In this document: one piece after another, positions 8,287 to 19,870 of the stretch
Layout of the letters: each line of letters opens with the position of its first letter
How positions within the stretch are numbered: the first letter of the stretch is position 1
NCBI GenBank assembly: GCA_026417895.1
Contig: JAOACJ010000014.1
Span: 63 to 64,062 of the forward strand
Reading direction: 5' to 3'
DNA: 64,000 nt
From: Patescibacteria group bacterium
GTDB taxonomy: Bacteria > Patescibacteriota > Patescibacteriia > UBA2591 > CALHIP01
Program-made: the position numbers and the translations under genes
The notes under the pieces: model-generated
The model's database searches: none
The model's input: only the letters and a program-made list of their open reading frames with translations
What the model was told of the DNA's origin: nothing

Positions 8287-9341
8287 AGGAACTTAAAAAA
8301 TTTCTTACCAAAAAAGTTAGAGCTATTAAAATTAAAACACCAAAAAAAATTTCTCAGCTTTTAGAAGAAATGAAGAGAACCGGTTTTCAGGGGCGAAAAT
8401 TAGCCGAAGTGACAGAAATTTGGGAGAAAATGATTAAAGACAAAAACGTAACCATTTTCTTTGGCTATACTGGTTCGCTTTCCACTACCGGACAGTGGAA
8501 AATTATTAATTGGTTGATAGAGAATCATTTTATTGATGTCCTTGTTTCTACTGGGGCAAACATTTCTGAGGATATTGTTGGGGCAATGGGAAAGAATTAT
8601 TGGCAAGGCCATCATTTGGTTCAAGATGATTTACTTTTCAAAGTCGGTCTAAATCGTTATTATGACGTTTATGGTCGCGAAGACGATTATCTGGAAATGA
8701 CAGAGTTGATTGCTGATTTTATAATGACACTCAAAGAGAAATATAACTATTCCTCTCGAGAATTTTTATTTCTCTTTGGTCAATGGCTTTGGCAAAAAGG
8801 AATCAAAAGTATTGTTGCCACCGCCGCCAAGAATAAAGTACCGGTTTTTTGTCCGGCTATTGTTGATAGTCCCTATGGTGATGCTGGCCTGCTGGCTAAA
8901 AGTCGAGGCTTTAATCTTATTCTTGACAATATGAAAGATTATTTTGAGTTTATGAAATTAGCTGAGCAGACTAAAGAGACGGCGGTTATCTATATCGGTG
9001 GTGGCGTACCTAAGGACTTTATTCAACTTTTAGCCGTGACAAGTGATCTCTTATATAAAGATAAAAATATTCCTGGTAAAAAGGGCAGGAAACGTCTTTT
9101 AACTAATGAGAGTTATTATCCTCATAAATATGCTATTCAAATTACTACTGATTCGCCGCAATGGGGAGGGCTTTCAGGGGCGACTTTAGACGAAGGTGTT
9201 TCTTGGGGTAAAGAATTACCTGCGGAGGGAAATTATGCCCAATGCTATTGTGACGCAACAATTGCTTTACCAATTATTGCTCAGGCTTTAGCTGAGAGAA
9301 AATTAAAAAGGAAAGGAAGAATTTTAACTTTTGAAGACTAA
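8283..9341 (+). CDS. deoxyhypusine synthase-like protein
   Basis: 'FFGYTGSLSTTGQWKIINWLIENHFIDVLVSTGANISEDIV' is typical of the DHS family. Confidence 0.8.
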   Translation: MKELKKFLTKKVRAIKIKTPKKISQLLEEMKRTGFQGRKLAEVTEIWEKMIKDKNVTIFFGYTGSLSTTGQWKIINWLIENHFIDVLVSTGANISEDIVGAMGKNYWQGHHLVQDDLLFKVGLNRYYDVYGREDDYLEMTELIADFIMTLKEKYNYSSREFLFLFGQWLWQKGIKSIVATAAKNKVPVFCPAIVDSPYGDAGLLAKSRGFNLILDNMKDYFEFMKLAEQTKETAVIYIGGGVPKDFIQLLAVTSDLLYKDKNIPGKKGRKRLLTNESYYPHKYAIQITTDSPQWGGLSGATLDEGVSWGKELPAEGNYAQCYCDATIALPIIAQALAERKLKRKGRILTFED

Positions 9342-10158
9342 TTGTATGGTCTTTATTGTTAAAGCTAATGGCCAGAGACAAGAATTTTCACTAGAAAAAG
9401 TGAGAAGAAGTTGCCTCAGGGCCGGTGCTTCTCCAACTTTGGCTCAAGAGATTAGCCGGAAAATTTCTCATCAGGTCAGAAATGGTATGACGACATTGGA
9501 AATTAGACGATTAATTTTTCGTTATTTAAATAAAGAAGAACCAAAAACAGCCTCTCTTTATTCTCTAAAGGAAGCAATTTTTCGTTTAGGACCGCAAGGT
9601 TTTTATTTTGAAAAAATAGTCGCCGAAATTTTTCAGCGAGAAGGTTACCAAGTAGAAATAGATAAAATTTTTTCGGGAGCCTGTGTTGAACACGAGATTG
9701 ATATTACGGCAAAAAAAGAACAAGAAAAATTAATGATTGAGTGTAAATTTCATCATCAGCCAGGCCTTTATACAGAATTAAAAGATGTGCTTTATGTCTG
9801 GGCAAGGTTTTTAGATTTAAAAGAAGGGGGTTGCGATTTTACTCAACCAGTTTTAGTTTCCAACACAAAATTTTCTGAATCAGTAAAAAAATACGCCCTT
9901 TGTAAGAATTTTCCTTTAATTGGCTGGTCCTACCCAGAAGAAAAAAATCTTCAATATTTTATTGAGAAATATCAACTTTACCCAATTACTGTACTCAGAC
10001 GATTAGAAAAATATTATCAGGAAAAACTTCTGCGCTACGGCATTGTTTCTTGTCAAGATTTATTAAAAATTGAACCAAGAAAACTGCAAAGAGAAACTGG
10101 TCTTGATGTGAAAAAAATCAACATCCTCCGGTCAGAAGTTCTGTCACTAATCCGATAA
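9331..10158 (+). CDS. ATP-cone domain fused to Mrr-like restriction endonuclease (PD-(D/E)xK) core, with C-terminal HhH-like tail
   Basis: N-terminal 'VFIVKANGQRQEFSLEKVRRSCLRAG...TLEIRRLIFRYL' looks like an ATP-cone. 'FEKIVAEIFQREGYQVEI...EHEIDITAKKEQEKLMIECKFH' matches the Mrr_cat pattern (G..FE..V...L...Gy.v...D.GIDi...QcK). Confidence 0.6.
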   Translation: MKTNCMVFIVKANGQRQEFSLEKVRRSCLRAGASPTLAQEISRKISHQVRNGMTTLEIRRLIFRYLNKEEPKTASLYSLKEAIFRLGPQGFYFEKIVAEIFQREGYQVEIDKIFSGACVEHEIDITAKKEQEKLMIECKFHHQPGLYTELKDVLYVWARFLDLKEGGCDFTQPVLVSNTKFSESVKKYALCKNFPLIGWSYPEEKNLQYFIEKYQLYPITVLRRLEKYYQEKLLRYGIVSCQDLLKIEPRKLQRETGLDVKKINILRSEVLSLIR

Positions 10159-10402
10159 TAAGATACGAATTGACGAATATATGCGAATGTTACTGATGGC
10201 GAAGGGGTAATATTAACTGGATGCATTGTCTTTTAAAGTAAAATAAAAATAGACAAAAAAGAGTTATAAACTTAATAAAAACTATACTCTTCTTGTCTAA
10301 TTTTTATTATGATAAGATAATCCTATAGACTTATTTTATTTGTATTTAATTTTAATTTATAAGGAATTTGGGTTATTACGAAAATCTACGAAAATACGAA
10401 AG

Positions 10403-11176
10403 ATGCGGCAAGTAATCAAGATTTTTATTATCTTTCTTCTACCCTTTCTTCTCTATTTTCTATTCTTTCTAAGACCATGTTTAGCTTTAGATTCAGATAA
10501 CGATCGGGTGAGTGATGAAGACGAGACAAAGGTTTATTATACTAATCCATTCAACCATGATACCGATGGCGACGGCTATGATGACTATACGGAAATAAAA
10601 AATGGTTATTCGCCACATCAATTAAAATTGAAAATGAGTCAAACAGACCTTGATCAGGATGGTTTAAGTGATAAACAAGAAAGACTATTAGGTACAGATT
10701 TAGGCAATGGTGATACTGATAACGATGGTTATCAAGACGGCGAAGAAATTTTTTCCGGCCACGATCCAAAAAATCCAAAAAGAGGAGCACGGATGAGTGG
10801 GAAAATTATTGAAATCAGTATTCAAGATCAGTTGCTGCGTTATAGAATCGGTAAAGTTATTTTAGGCGAATACAGGGTTTCAACTGGCTCCGTTCGATAT
10901 CCTACGCCTTTAGGTGAATTTTTAATCGATAAAAAAGAAAAAAGGGCTTATTCAAAAAAATGGCGACTTTGGATGCCCTATTTTTTATCAATGAAAAATG
11001 GTTTGTTTGGTATTCATGAATTACCAGAATGGTCAGACGGAAGAAAAGAAGGTGAAAATCATCTCGGGCAAAGAGTTTCTCATGGCTGTATTCGCTTAGG
11101 TGTTGGTCCAGCTAAAAAAATTTATGACTGGGCTGATGTCGGGACAAAAGTTATAATTAAAAAACATTGGCCATAA
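10403..11176 (+). CDS. L,D-transpeptidase (YkuD) with four N-terminal thrombospondin-type-3-like Ca-binding repeats
   Basis: Signal peptide. Repeats 'DSDNDRVSDEDE', 'DTDGDGYDDYTE', 'DLDQDGLSDKQE', 'DTDNDGYQDGEE'. YkuD catalytic 'SHGCIRL'. Confidence 0.75.
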   Translation: MRQVIKIFIIFLLPFLLYFLFFLRPCLALDSDNDRVSDEDETKVYYTNPFNHDTDGDGYDDYTEIKNGYSPHQLKLKMSQTDLDQDGLSDKQERLLGTDLGNGDTDNDGYQDGEEIFSGHDPKNPKRGARMSGKIIEISIQDQLLRYRIGKVILGEYRVSTGSVRYPTPLGEFLIDKKEKRAYSKKWRLWMPYFLSMKNGLFGIHELPEWSDGRKEGENHLGQRVSHGCIRLGVGPAKKIYDWADVGTKVIIKKHWP

Positions 11177-11455
11177 AGCCTTGCCAATTTTCCAATCATT
11201 TGATAATTTAAAGAAAGAGACTGTATTGAAGCAGGTCAACCAGTCATGTTGGTGAAAAATGTTGTTGAGGGTTAAAAAGAGTTCATGCTTGTGAAATGAA
11301 TTCTTGAGGAAGCGAATATCCTTTTCTGATTTCGTTAAGTTTTATTGCCTTGCTTGCGGTAATAGAATTTGTGATTATCTTAGGAATTCATATAATCGTC
11401 CCCAAGACCGCAACAGGTAAGAAGATGAATTTATTAAGTTTATTAATTTAAATTT

Positions 11456-12898
11456 ATGACAAAAGTAACAATTATTATCATTCTCATCTTTCTTATTCTT
11501 TTTGGCTTATTTTTTTTAAAACCAGTTTTAGCGCAAGAGATTTTTCCTGAGGAGCTAGAAGTGAAAACACCACTGGTTTTGCCAGACAGCAATATTTATT
11601 TTTTCAAAGATTTTTTTCGACAATTGAGATTAGTCTTTACTTTTTCACCCATAAAGAGAGCGGAATTAAGACTGAGAATGGCAAATGAAAAGTTAATAGA
11701 GGTTAAAAAATTGACTGAGAAAGAGACAAAACAGGAATTCATTGAAAGGGCCCTAACGAGTTATCAGCAGGAATTAGAAAAATTAAAAAATCAGATTGAG
11801 AAATTACCTGAAAGCGAAAAGGAGAAATTTTTAGAAAAATATGTTCGTCAGAGTTTAAAACAACAAATGGTTTTGGAAAACATTGCTTCGCAAGTTAAGG
11901 GTGAAGTTTATGAAAAAATTTTAGTCAACCGGGAGAAACACTTAGAGAGGTTTAAAGAAGTGATGGAAAAGATTCAAAACAAAGAGATGGTTCAAGAAAA
12001 AATTCGTCAGGCAGTTTTAGATGTCTTTTATGTTTCACCACCTCGAGCGATAAAAATTTTAGAGTCAATCGAAGAAATAAAAGAAAATTTGCCGGAAGAA
12101 TTGAAAGAAAAAATTGAAGAGATAAAAATAGAAATGATCAAAAAAGCCAAAGAGACATTTCAGGTTTTTCCAACCAAAACTCAAGTGCAAAAAATTGAAG
12201 AACAGCTCAGAACCTTTGCCAATCCTTTAATGGCGCAAAAAATTATTGAAGAAATAAAAGAAAAAGATGTGGTCGTACCACCAGAAGAGGTGAGAATTTT
12301 GCCCCAAGAGATTCTTCAAGAGAAGTTAACTCCTTTATCCGAAGAAAAACAGATTGAAGTTTTAGAAAAAATAGTTAATCAGAGAATTCAACATTTAGAA
12401 AAATTAGAGGAGATTAAAGAAAAGTTAGAAAAATTACCTGAATCAGCCCAAGCTTCAGGGGTGTTAAAAAAAGTTATTGAGAGGCAGATGGAAAAATTAG
12501 AAAAAAAGATAGAGAAAATTGAAGGTCTACCCGAGACTATTCGCGATCAATTAAAAGAAGAATTAAAGGCAAGTCCAAAAATCAGAAAAGAAATAATGAA
12601 AAGAGTGCCGGGGGTAATGGAAAAACTTGAATCAAAAATAGAATCTAAAGAAATCGAAATAAAACCACCCTTAGAGGCGTCTCGGCAAGCCAGGCTTTCT
12701 GGTTTTTGTGGTTGGGCAACTTATGCCTTATGTAAGACTAATGAAGATTGTTTAAGTGGCGGTTGTTCTCATCAAATCTGTCATGGAAAAAATGAGGAGA
12801 GGACGATTACTACTTGTGAGTGGCGAGATTGTTATAAAGCTGAGGCTTATGGCCTGAAATGTGGTTGTTTTCAAGGAAAATGTCAGTGGGGAAAATAA
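11456..12898 (+). CDS. secreted coiled-coil protein with C-terminal cysteine-rich domain
   Basis: Signal/TM N-terminus, long E/K-rich helical repeats. The C-terminal about 65 aa carry 11 Cys ('GFCGWATYALCKTNEDCLSGGCSHQICHG...CGCFQGKCQWGK'). Confidence 0.4.
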   Translation: MTKVTIIIILIFLILFGLFFLKPVLAQEIFPEELEVKTPLVLPDSNIYFFKDFFRQLRLVFTFSPIKRAELRLRMANEKLIEVKKLTEKETKQEFIERALTSYQQELEKLKNQIEKLPESEKEKFLEKYVRQSLKQQMVLENIASQVKGEVYEKILVNREKHLERFKEVMEKIQNKEMVQEKIRQAVLDVFYVSPPRAIKILESIEEIKENLPEELKEKIEEIKIEMIKKAKETFQVFPTKTQVQKIEEQLRTFANPLMAQKIIEEIKEKDVVVPPEEVRILPQEILQEKLTPLSEEKQIEVLEKIVNQRIQHLEKLEEIKEKLEKLPESAQASGVLKKVIERQMEKLEKKIEKIEGLPETIRDQLKEELKASPKIRKEIMKRVPGVMEKLESKIESKEIEIKPPLEASRQARLSGFCGWATYALCKTNEDCLSGGCSHQICHGKNEERTITTCEWRDCYKAEAYGLKCGCFQGKCQWGK

Positions 12899-12944
12899 TT
12901 TTAGAAATTAGAGCCTAGAGAATAGAAAAATAGTATTTTCTATT

Positions 12945-13436
12945 ATGTTTCAGCTATCTGAAAAAGAGATCCAAACGAAAATCATTTTGTCTAACGAAAA
13001 AATTTTGGCTCAGTTTGGCATAGCCAAAACCTATGTTCATTTTTGGATTGTTTTAGGAGTTTTGATTTTAATTATTTCGATGCTTATATCTTTATTTTTT
13101 ATTTCTGATTTTTGGCTGGCCATTCTTTTAGGTTTAGCCATCATTGGCTATGCCTTTTATTTGTCGTTGGCTTATTTTTATTTTTTAACCGATCAGAGGA
13201 TAATTTTTTATTACCGATTTTTCCATACTCATTTAGTTTCAATTAATTACAAAGATATTACAGATCTTAATGTCCGAGAAAGTTTTTTTGAAAAGATATT
13301 TTTTGATTCAGGTAATTTAGTCATCAACACAGCTGGCACACCACAGGAAGAAATCATTTTTTTGCATATTGCTCAACCCCACTTGATTAAAAGAAAGATA
13401 GAAGAAATAAAATTAAAAGATGAAAAATCTTTCTAA
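12945..13436 (+). CDS. bacterial PH-domain (YdbS/YdbT-like) membrane protein
   Basis: Two TM helices followed by 'LTDQRIIFYYRFF...VINTAGT', which resembles bPH_2. Confidence 0.45.
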   Translation: MFQLSEKEIQTKIILSNEKILAQFGIAKTYVHFWIVLGVLILIISMLISLFFISDFWLAILLGLAIIGYAFYLSLAYFYFLTDQRIIFYYRFFHTHLVSINYKDITDLNVRESFFEKIFFDSGNLVINTAGTPQEEIIFLHIAQPHLIKRKIEEIKLKDEKSF

Positions 13437-14016
13437 AATTGGGGTCTTAGGTGGGGCCTTCAATCCACCTCATTGTGGTCATTTATTAATTGCCAAAAAG
13501 GCAATCAAAGAATTAGGGTTGAAAAAAATCATTTTGATGGTAACTGGCAAGCCCGCCCTCAAAAAGAATGATTTGGCACCAATCAAAGAAAGAATGGCTA
13601 TGGCCAAAATTTTAACTTCTTATAATCATCGCTTAGAAATTTCAGATCTGGAGGTGAAAAAAGCAAAAAAGGGAAAAACCTCTTATACTACCGAGACGAT
13701 TCGAGACTTACAGAAAAAATATCCATTAACGGAAATTTATTGGCTGATTGGCGAAGATTCTTTACAAGAAATACTCCAGGGAAAATGGCGGGGGGGTTTG
13801 TCAATATTTAATCAGGCAAAGTTTATTGTTTTTCAGAGACCTGGCATTAAAGTTAAAATTCCCAAAAATATTTTCAAAAAAATAAAAAATATTAAATTAA
13901 AGGTTTCTATTTCTTCCACTGAAATCAGAGAAAAAATTAAAAATGGTAAAGATGTTTCTAAAATGGTACCAAAAAAAATTTTAGGATACATTAAAAAGAA
14001 AAAACTTTATTTATGA
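13420..14016 (+). CDS. nadD: nicotinate-nucleotide adenylyltransferase
   Basis: 'GVLGGAFNPPHCGHL' (HxGH). Confidence 0.8.
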   Translation: MKNLSKIGVLGGAFNPPHCGHLLIAKKAIKELGLKKIILMVTGKPALKKNDLAPIKERMAMAKILTSYNHRLEISDLEVKKAKKGKTSYTTETIRDLQKKYPLTEIYWLIGEDSLQEILQGKWRGGLSIFNQAKFIVFQRPGIKVKIPKNIFKKIKNIKLKVSISSTEIREKIKNGKDVSKMVPKKILGYIKKKKLYL

Positions 14017-14828
14017 AAATTCCAAAACATTTAAAAATTGATAAGCAAAGAGCACGGAAGATGATTAAAGATAAAGTCAAAGAAATAAGGAATTATTTTA
14101 AAAAATCTGGTTTTAAAAAGGGGGTGATCGGTCTTTCTGGTGGTCTTGATTCGGCCCTTGCTTGTTATTTAGCTGTCCGGGCATTAGAGGCAAAAAATGT
14201 TTATGTGGTGATGATGCCTTATTATGGAATCAGCGATAAAAATTCAATCATTGATGCCTTAAAGTTGATTGAGAATTTAAAGATCCCAAAAAAGAATATT
14301 TTACTCTTGCCAGTCAATAAACCAGTCGAAGCATCTTGGCAGATTCTTAAAAAATATAAAGGGAAAGAAAAAATCAGAAAAGGTAATTTAATGGCCCGTG
14401 AAAGAATGAAAATTTTATTTGACTTGTCACAAGTTTTCAATGCTATGGTCGTTGGTACCGAAGATAGAACTGAAGAAGAACTAGGTTATTATACTTTATG
14501 GGGGGACGAGGCTTCGGGCATTGAACCAATTAGGAATTTGTGGAAAACACAAGTTTCTCAATTAGCCAGTCATTGCAAAGAGATTCCTAAAGAAATTTTA
14601 AACAAAGAACCTTCGCCAGGACTTTGGAAAAATCATTCGGCTAAAAACGAACTAGGCTTTTCTCACCTCGAAGCTGATATTGTTTTATCAGCCTTCAAAG
14701 ACTTAAAAATGAAGCCGATAGAGATTAATAGAAAATTTGAAATTTCAAAGAAAAAAATTGATTTAATTTTGAAACGCACAGAGGTGGGTCAAATAAAAAA
14801 AACAATACCATATATTTTAAAAAAATAA
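14013..14828 (+). CDS. nadE: NH3-dependent NAD+ synthetase
   Basis: PP-loop 'GLSGGLDSAL'. Overlaps the nadD stop. Confidence 0.85.
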   Translation: MKIPKHLKIDKQRARKMIKDKVKEIRNYFKKSGFKKGVIGLSGGLDSALACYLAVRALEAKNVYVVMMPYYGISDKNSIIDALKLIENLKIPKKNILLLPVNKPVEASWQILKKYKGKEKIRKGNLMARERMKILFDLSQVFNAMVVGTEDRTEEELGYYTLWGDEASGIEPIRNLWKTQVSQLASHCKEIPKEILNKEPSPGLWKNHSAKNELGFSHLEADIVLSAFKDLKMKPIEINRKFEISKKKIDLILKRTEVGQIKKTIPYILKK

Positions 14829-14877
14829 TCTCCAATACCAATTCTACGGATGACATTTAAATAGTACGAATCGAAAT

Positions 14878-15192
14878 TTGAAAAAGATGAATGAAAATAA
14901 AGAAGAACAAAGAGAGAAAATGATAAGACAAATTCGAGATCAAGAAGTGGAGAAAATTTTAGCTATGACAAAAGAAGAGAGAAAGGGTTTAATTGATGCT
15001 TGTTTAGAATATCAAAAAAAAGAAGCAGTAGGAGCTAGTTTAGGAAGAATAGAAGTCTTAGCAGTTGATTCTAGCCATCCAAGTTTATACAGAGTCAAAG
15101 GTGGATTTGGAGAACATGGTTTAGGGGGATTAGAAGTTCAACAAGCAATTATTCGGAAAGAAGGGTGGAGGGGATACGAGGAAGAGGGTTGA
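14878..15192 (+). CDS. hypothetical protein
   Basis: ORF only. Gly-rich C-terminus, atypical composition. Confidence 0.3.
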   Translation: MKKMNENKEEQREKMIRQIRDQEVEKILAMTKEERKGLIDACLEYQKKEAVGASLGRIEVLAVDSSHPSLYRVKGGFGEHGLGGLEVQQAIIRKEGWRGYEEEG

Positions 15193-15415
15193 AGAATTTT
15201 ACACGGCATAGTTAATAAGATTGAAGGATTTCAATCGAAAATTATTAGAATGAATATTCGGCCAACAGTTTTAAAAGACGAAAGAGAAAAAAAGATTGTA
15301 TAGAAAGGATAAAAAAAGTTTGGTTATGCCTTAAAGAAAAAGAACTAGACTGGATTTTAATTGACTCTGATGGGAATCCTTTTGAAGAATATCTCAGAGA
15401 AAAATAGAATTTTAA

Positions 15416-17491
<2,076 letters not shown>

Positions 17492-17851
17492 TTAATGTTT
17501 CCTAAAGACCTCAGACAGAATTCGCTTTATACCTCTCCCCCCTTTCTCTCTCTTTCCTTCTAACTCTTTTACCTTTCTCCAAAATTCGCTTAAACCTCTC
17601 ATCTCTTTGGGCGGAATAATTTTGACACTCCACTTGCCTCTTTCCAAGCTTCGATGATAAGAAGAATCTGTTTCTCCTTCACTTCTTATCAACGGAATTT
17701 CTTCTATCTGAATATTAAATTCTTTTCCTACTTCTCTCAGAATATCTAACATATATCTTCGAGTCTTATCATATGTAATTTTAACCTCTTTTGGCTTAAG
17801 ATTTTCATCACGAAGTGCTTCATATGGGAAGAATCGTTCTCCTCTGTTCAT
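17492..17851 (-). CDS. hypothetical protein
   Basis: ORF convergent with ligA, zero spacing. No recognised motif. Confidence 0.35.
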   Translation of the reverse strand: MNRGERFFPYEALRDENLKPKEVKITYDKTRRYMLDILREVGKEFNIQIEEIPLIRSEGETDSSYHRSLERGKWSVKIIPPKEMRGLSEFWRKVKELEGKREKGGRGIKRILSEVFRKH

Positions 17852-18073
17852 AATATTTTGTATTAAAGATAAATTTATAATTGAAATTTTCGACCTTTAT
17901 CACTTTCATTTTACTACTACTTCTTCTTGTCAAGATAGGGGGCGTGAATAAATTTTTCTTGGAATTCAAAATAGATTTTTGTAGGCCGAAGGTACCCAAT
18001 CATTGGTACCTTTAGTTCATAAATAAGAAAAATTCCCTTGTTTTTTTATTTTAAAATTCTATAATTAAATCGT

Positions 18074-18349
18074 ATGGCCATTTCAAACAAACAAGTTGAA
18101 CACATTGCTTATTTGGCGAGACTAAAATTGAATGAAAAAGAGAAAAAGAAATTTTCCAAAGAACTTTCACAGATTTTGGATTTTATCGAAAAATTAAAAG
18201 AAGCTGAAACTTCACAGATTGAGCCATTTTCTTCTGATTTAAAAAATGTTTTCAGAAAAGACGAAATAAAGGGGCAAAAATCTGAAGACCTACTTGAACA
18301 AGTGCCAGAAAAAGAGGGAAATTTTATTAAAACCAAACCTATATTTTAA
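18074..18349 (+). CDS. gatC: Asp/Glu-tRNA amidotransferase subunit C
   Basis: 'VEHIAYLARLKLNEKEKKKFSKELSQILDFIEKL'. Confidence 0.8.
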   Translation: MAISNKQVEHIAYLARLKLNEKEKKKFSKELSQILDFIEKLKEAETSQIEPFSSDLKNVFRKDEIKGQKSEDLLEQVPEKEGNFIKTKPIF

Positions 18350-18387
18350 TTTTAGAATCTAGAATCTATAGTCTATGATTTAGCAAT

Positions 18388-19809
18388 ATGTCCTTTAACC
18401 AACTGACAATTAAAGAGGCAATTAATGGATTAAAAAAGAAAAAATTTTCTTGTCAAGAATTGGCTAAAGATTGTTTGAAAGAAATTGAAAAAAGAGATAA
18501 AGAGATTAACGCTTTTATTAGCTTAAATGAAAAAATTATTGAGGAAGCAAGAGAAATTGATAAAAAAATGATGCGAGGCGAGAAATTAGGTGAGTTGGCT
18601 GGTATACCTTTAGCTATTAAAGATAATATTTTGGTGAAGGGTTTAAGATGTACAGCTGGTTCAAAAATGTTAGAGAATTATTTTGCCTCTTATAATGCGA
18701 CAGTGATTGAAAAATTAAAAAAAGAAGATGCTCTAATTATTGGTAAGACAAACCTTGATGAATTTGCCATGGGTTCATCAGGCGAATATTCGGCTTTTGG
18801 TTTTACAAGAAATCCTTATGATTTAAAGCGAGTAGCTGGTGGTTCTTCTTCTGGCTCAGCGGCTGCTGTGGCAGCAAATTTCTGTTTAGGCGCTTTAGGC
18901 TCTGATACAGGCGGTTCAATTCGTCAACCAGCAGCTTTTTGTGGTCTGGTTGGCTTGAAGCCAACTTATGGAAGTGTTTCACGATACGGATTGATTGCTA
19001 CGGCTTCTTCTTTAGACCAAATTGGACCAATAACTAAAACAGTTGAAGATTGCCAGCTTATTTTTGAGATTATTAGAGGGAGGGATGAATTTGATTCAAC
19101 CAGTATGGAGATAAATTCTAAAGTTCAGCGTCAAAAATTGACAGTGGGTTTACCCCGAGAATATTTTGCGGAAGGACCGGAGAGGGAAATAAAAGACAAA
19201 ATTAAAGAGATAGTTAAGAAATTAGAAGATCAAAGAATTGAGATAAAAGAAGTTTCCTTGCCTCATACAGACTATGCCCTATCTTGCTATTATGTTATTA
19301 TGCCTTCAGAAGTGAGTGCTAATTTGGCGAGATACGATGGCATAAGATATGGACGATTAAATTTCCAATCTCAAATGTCAAGCCTCAAATCTGTATTTGA
19401 TTTATATTTAAAAAATAGAAGTGAGGGGTTTGGTGATGAAGTGAAAAGGAGAATTATGTTAGGAACATATTCTCTTTCAGCCGGCTATTTTGAAGCTTAC
19501 TATTTAAAAGCTATGAAGGTGAGAAATCTAATTAAAGATGATTTTGAAAAAGTGTTTAAACAAGTTGATTTGATCATTACTCCAACCACACCAACCACTG
19601 CCTTTAAAATTGGCGAAAAACAAAAACCTTTAGAAATGTATCTTTCTGATATTTTTACTGTTCCGACTAATTTGGCTGGCTTACCTGCCCTTTCTTTGCC
19701 CATTGGCTTCTCGTCAGAAAAATTACCATTAGCAATGCAAATTATCGGACCATCTTTTTCAGAATCTGAAATTTTCAGATTGGCTAAACTGGTTGAAGGG
19801 TTAAAGTAG
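18388..19809 (+). CDS. gatA: Asp/Glu-tRNA amidotransferase subunit A
   Basis: Amidase signature 'GGSSSGSAAAVAA'. Confidence 0.9.
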   Translation: MSFNQLTIKEAINGLKKKKFSCQELAKDCLKEIEKRDKEINAFISLNEKIIEEAREIDKKMMRGEKLGELAGIPLAIKDNILVKGLRCTAGSKMLENYFASYNATVIEKLKKEDALIIGKTNLDEFAMGSSGEYSAFGFTRNPYDLKRVAGGSSSGSAAAVAANFCLGALGSDTGGSIRQPAAFCGLVGLKPTYGSVSRYGLIATASSLDQIGPITKTVEDCQLIFEIIRGRDEFDSTSMEINSKVQRQKLTVGLPREYFAEGPEREIKDKIKEIVKKLEDQRIEIKEVSLPHTDYALSCYYVIMPSEVSANLARYDGIRYGRLNFQSQMSSLKSVFDLYLKNRSEGFGDEVKRRIMLGTYSLSAGYFEAYYLKAMKVRNLIKDDFEKVFKQVDLIITPTTPTTAFKIGEKQKPLEMYLSDIFTVPTNLAGLPALSLPIGFSSEKLPLAMQIIGPSFSESEIFRLAKLVEGLK

Positions 19810-19870
19810 CCTTTGACCATTTTTTTTAATTTGATATTATTTTAATAATTAAAATATTTAATTTTTTATT

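Noticed and set aside
11177-11455. 280-nt ORF-free, relatively GC-richer spacer with two tiny 'MLVK' ORFs; possible sRNA or leader peptide
   Set aside because: No recognisable RNA family features or terminator, so nothing beyond 'unexplained spacer' can be supported from sequence alone.
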